A stretch of DNA of 61,500 nucleotides, counting the filler, from Sphacelaria rigidula (lineage: Eukaryota), in assembly GCA_964200075.2 (NCBI GenBank). It is 8 parts of 8 records of this genome, joined end to end, with 100 filler letters (N's around TTAATTAATTAA, not from the genome) between each part and the next. Parts side by side here need not be neighbours in the genome. Positions count along the whole stretch, not along the records: positions 53,901 to 61,500 come from CAXNAA020014158.1; 7 more parts are not named here. One strand, given 5' to 3'. The first letter of the stretch is position 1. Every line of letters starts with the position of its first letter. Positions 59,963 through 61,500 of the stretch are shown here, in pieces. The notes under the pieces are model-generated. The model saw only the letters and a program-made list of their open reading frames with translations. It ran no database searches and was not told the DNA's origin. The translations under genes were made by a program, and so were the position numbers.

Positions 59963-61500
59963 TGTTTGTGCGTGTGTCTGTGTGTGTGCACCAATAGCGG
60001 ACGTATGTTGTGTAAACGGGGTGCGACGATTAGTTTCCGACTATGTGTCGTTTGGGAAAAGTGTAGATGTGGTACTTACTGTACGGGTGGGTTCGTTTAC
60101 GTTGTCTTGTTGTTTTCTGTTTGGTTCACGGCGGTAGCAGAGTAGTGGCAGGAGCAACGCACAACTTCGTGGTACTGGTTTGTCGTTTTCCTCCCACCCC
60201 ATTCCCCCCTCCCCCCCAGCCTCCCTTCCGACCCCTACCCCAGAGCTGCAGTGATGTGTTTGGTTGTTCTTGGATGGATGTACCACTCAGTGCGCACCTG
60301 TTTGTTGTCATGTTGGTTACTCGTCGGCTCCGTCTCAATGAGTGTAGCTGTGTGAGCGTGGTTTGTGTGATTTATTTTCGAGTCAGTTTTTATTATCATG
60401 GAAAGCTCCAGTTCTTCTGTGGCGATTCAGTAACGTGTTGTCTGAGGATGAAACTGTGAGCCACGTCGAGAAGTTGATGCGATTGATGATACTATGCTTC
60501 GAGGCGAAAAACATAACGCCCGCCACAGGGTTGAAGCGAGCATCGTAAATAACGTTACTTGGCACAGCTCAGTCGGGAAAAACAAATATCGAGGAGAGAG
60601 AATAACGCTTGAGGGAGAAACCACAACAGTTTAAATATATAGTCAACGAAGTTGACGATTTCCCTGTCGGTCAAGTCAGCCCTGCTCGCCTACCCTAGCT
60701 CCTCCGTGGCAGATCGGCGTTGTTCACGCTCACAGTACAAAATGAGGGTTTGCGATGTACGTGCTGGTAGTTTTTAGATCTGTTATTCGTGGGTTGTGTG
60801 TGCTGTGCCGTTATGTGTAACGTTTTGTGTCTGCGTCAACGTGCAGGGTGGTGGATGACTTAGAGTGAGCGGTAGGTGTTCACGTGATTCACATAGCCTG
60901 CGCGTGCTCCATGTTTGCTTGCTCCCCGCTCCCCTCCCTCCGCCTCCCCTCGCTTTATTGAATCCCGATGCTGTGCCTGCAATGCGTCTGATGTTCTGAG
61001 CAATAGATGAGCGCCATCATTGGCTGTCTCCTTCATGTGGACTTTTCACTGTCGTCTTCCCAATTGAGCTAAAATTCGGCGAGTGATGCTATCATATCGT
61101 AACGTAACGTTCATTATATATTTCTGATACTCGAGCACAATCATTACATGTATAGAGGGAAATGTACCAATTAAGATACAGAGCCAATTAAGATACAGTT
61201 TTTTAATCGTTCATATCTCCGCGAAATATTAACCGTTTTCCGTTCTGTTTTTTTCTGCGTGTGCACACGAGCACGGCGCTTTGTTTGAGCTATTATATGT
61301 GTCTCAAGCTTCCGATTACGTAGTCTTACAGCGCTGCGAGTAAGCGCGTATGTGTCATCCTCCAAAATCAGCTTTTTGGTCGATCGGCTGCTAAGCATGC
61401 AGAGAGCAGAACGTGCAGCACAGGCCGTATAAGCGGTACACAGCGGTCGTCCTAGCTTCCGTGCTGCAGCTACGACCTTTGACATCTCCATCGGTGCACT

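Noticed and set aside
56375-59994. Overlapping and antisense ORFs within FHIP
   Set aside because: Shadow ORFs of a GC-rich coding exon with no recognisable motifs.

Overview
Eukaryotic, intron-rich, transposon-rich DNA, most consistent with a brown alga or other ochrophyte: short GT-AG exons, a signal peptide plus 'AQG-F' plastid transit peptide, and an RGS gene with possible transmembrane exons. The window is not contiguous. It consists of eight 7,600-bp fragments joined by artificial 100-bp spacers (N44-TTAATTAATTAA-N44), so nothing across spacers is synteny. Spliced host genes recognised: OTC (3' six exons), a sulfotransferase-like gene, one ArgJ exon, two tandem PrxQ/BCP peroxiredoxin gene parts, an RGS-domain gene, GPC1 acyltransferase and FHIP/FAM160. 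Mobile DNA includes decayed Gypsy and Copia LTR elements, hAT elements with 8-bp target-site duplications (TSDs), piggyBac-like MITEs, a tRNA-derived SINE head, minisatellites with higher-order dimers and foldback arrays. Strongest leads: (1) a ~70-100-nt dispersed element, present in at least 8 copies, whose two subfamilies keep the same three-way-junction fold; (2) TA-flanked TIR elements carrying an internal tRNA-like Pol III cassette; (3) a Gypsy integrase with a chromodomain followed by a PWWP/Tudor-like domain; (4) a compound hAT element built from two MITE-like units plus cargo. All calls were made by eye, without database searches.
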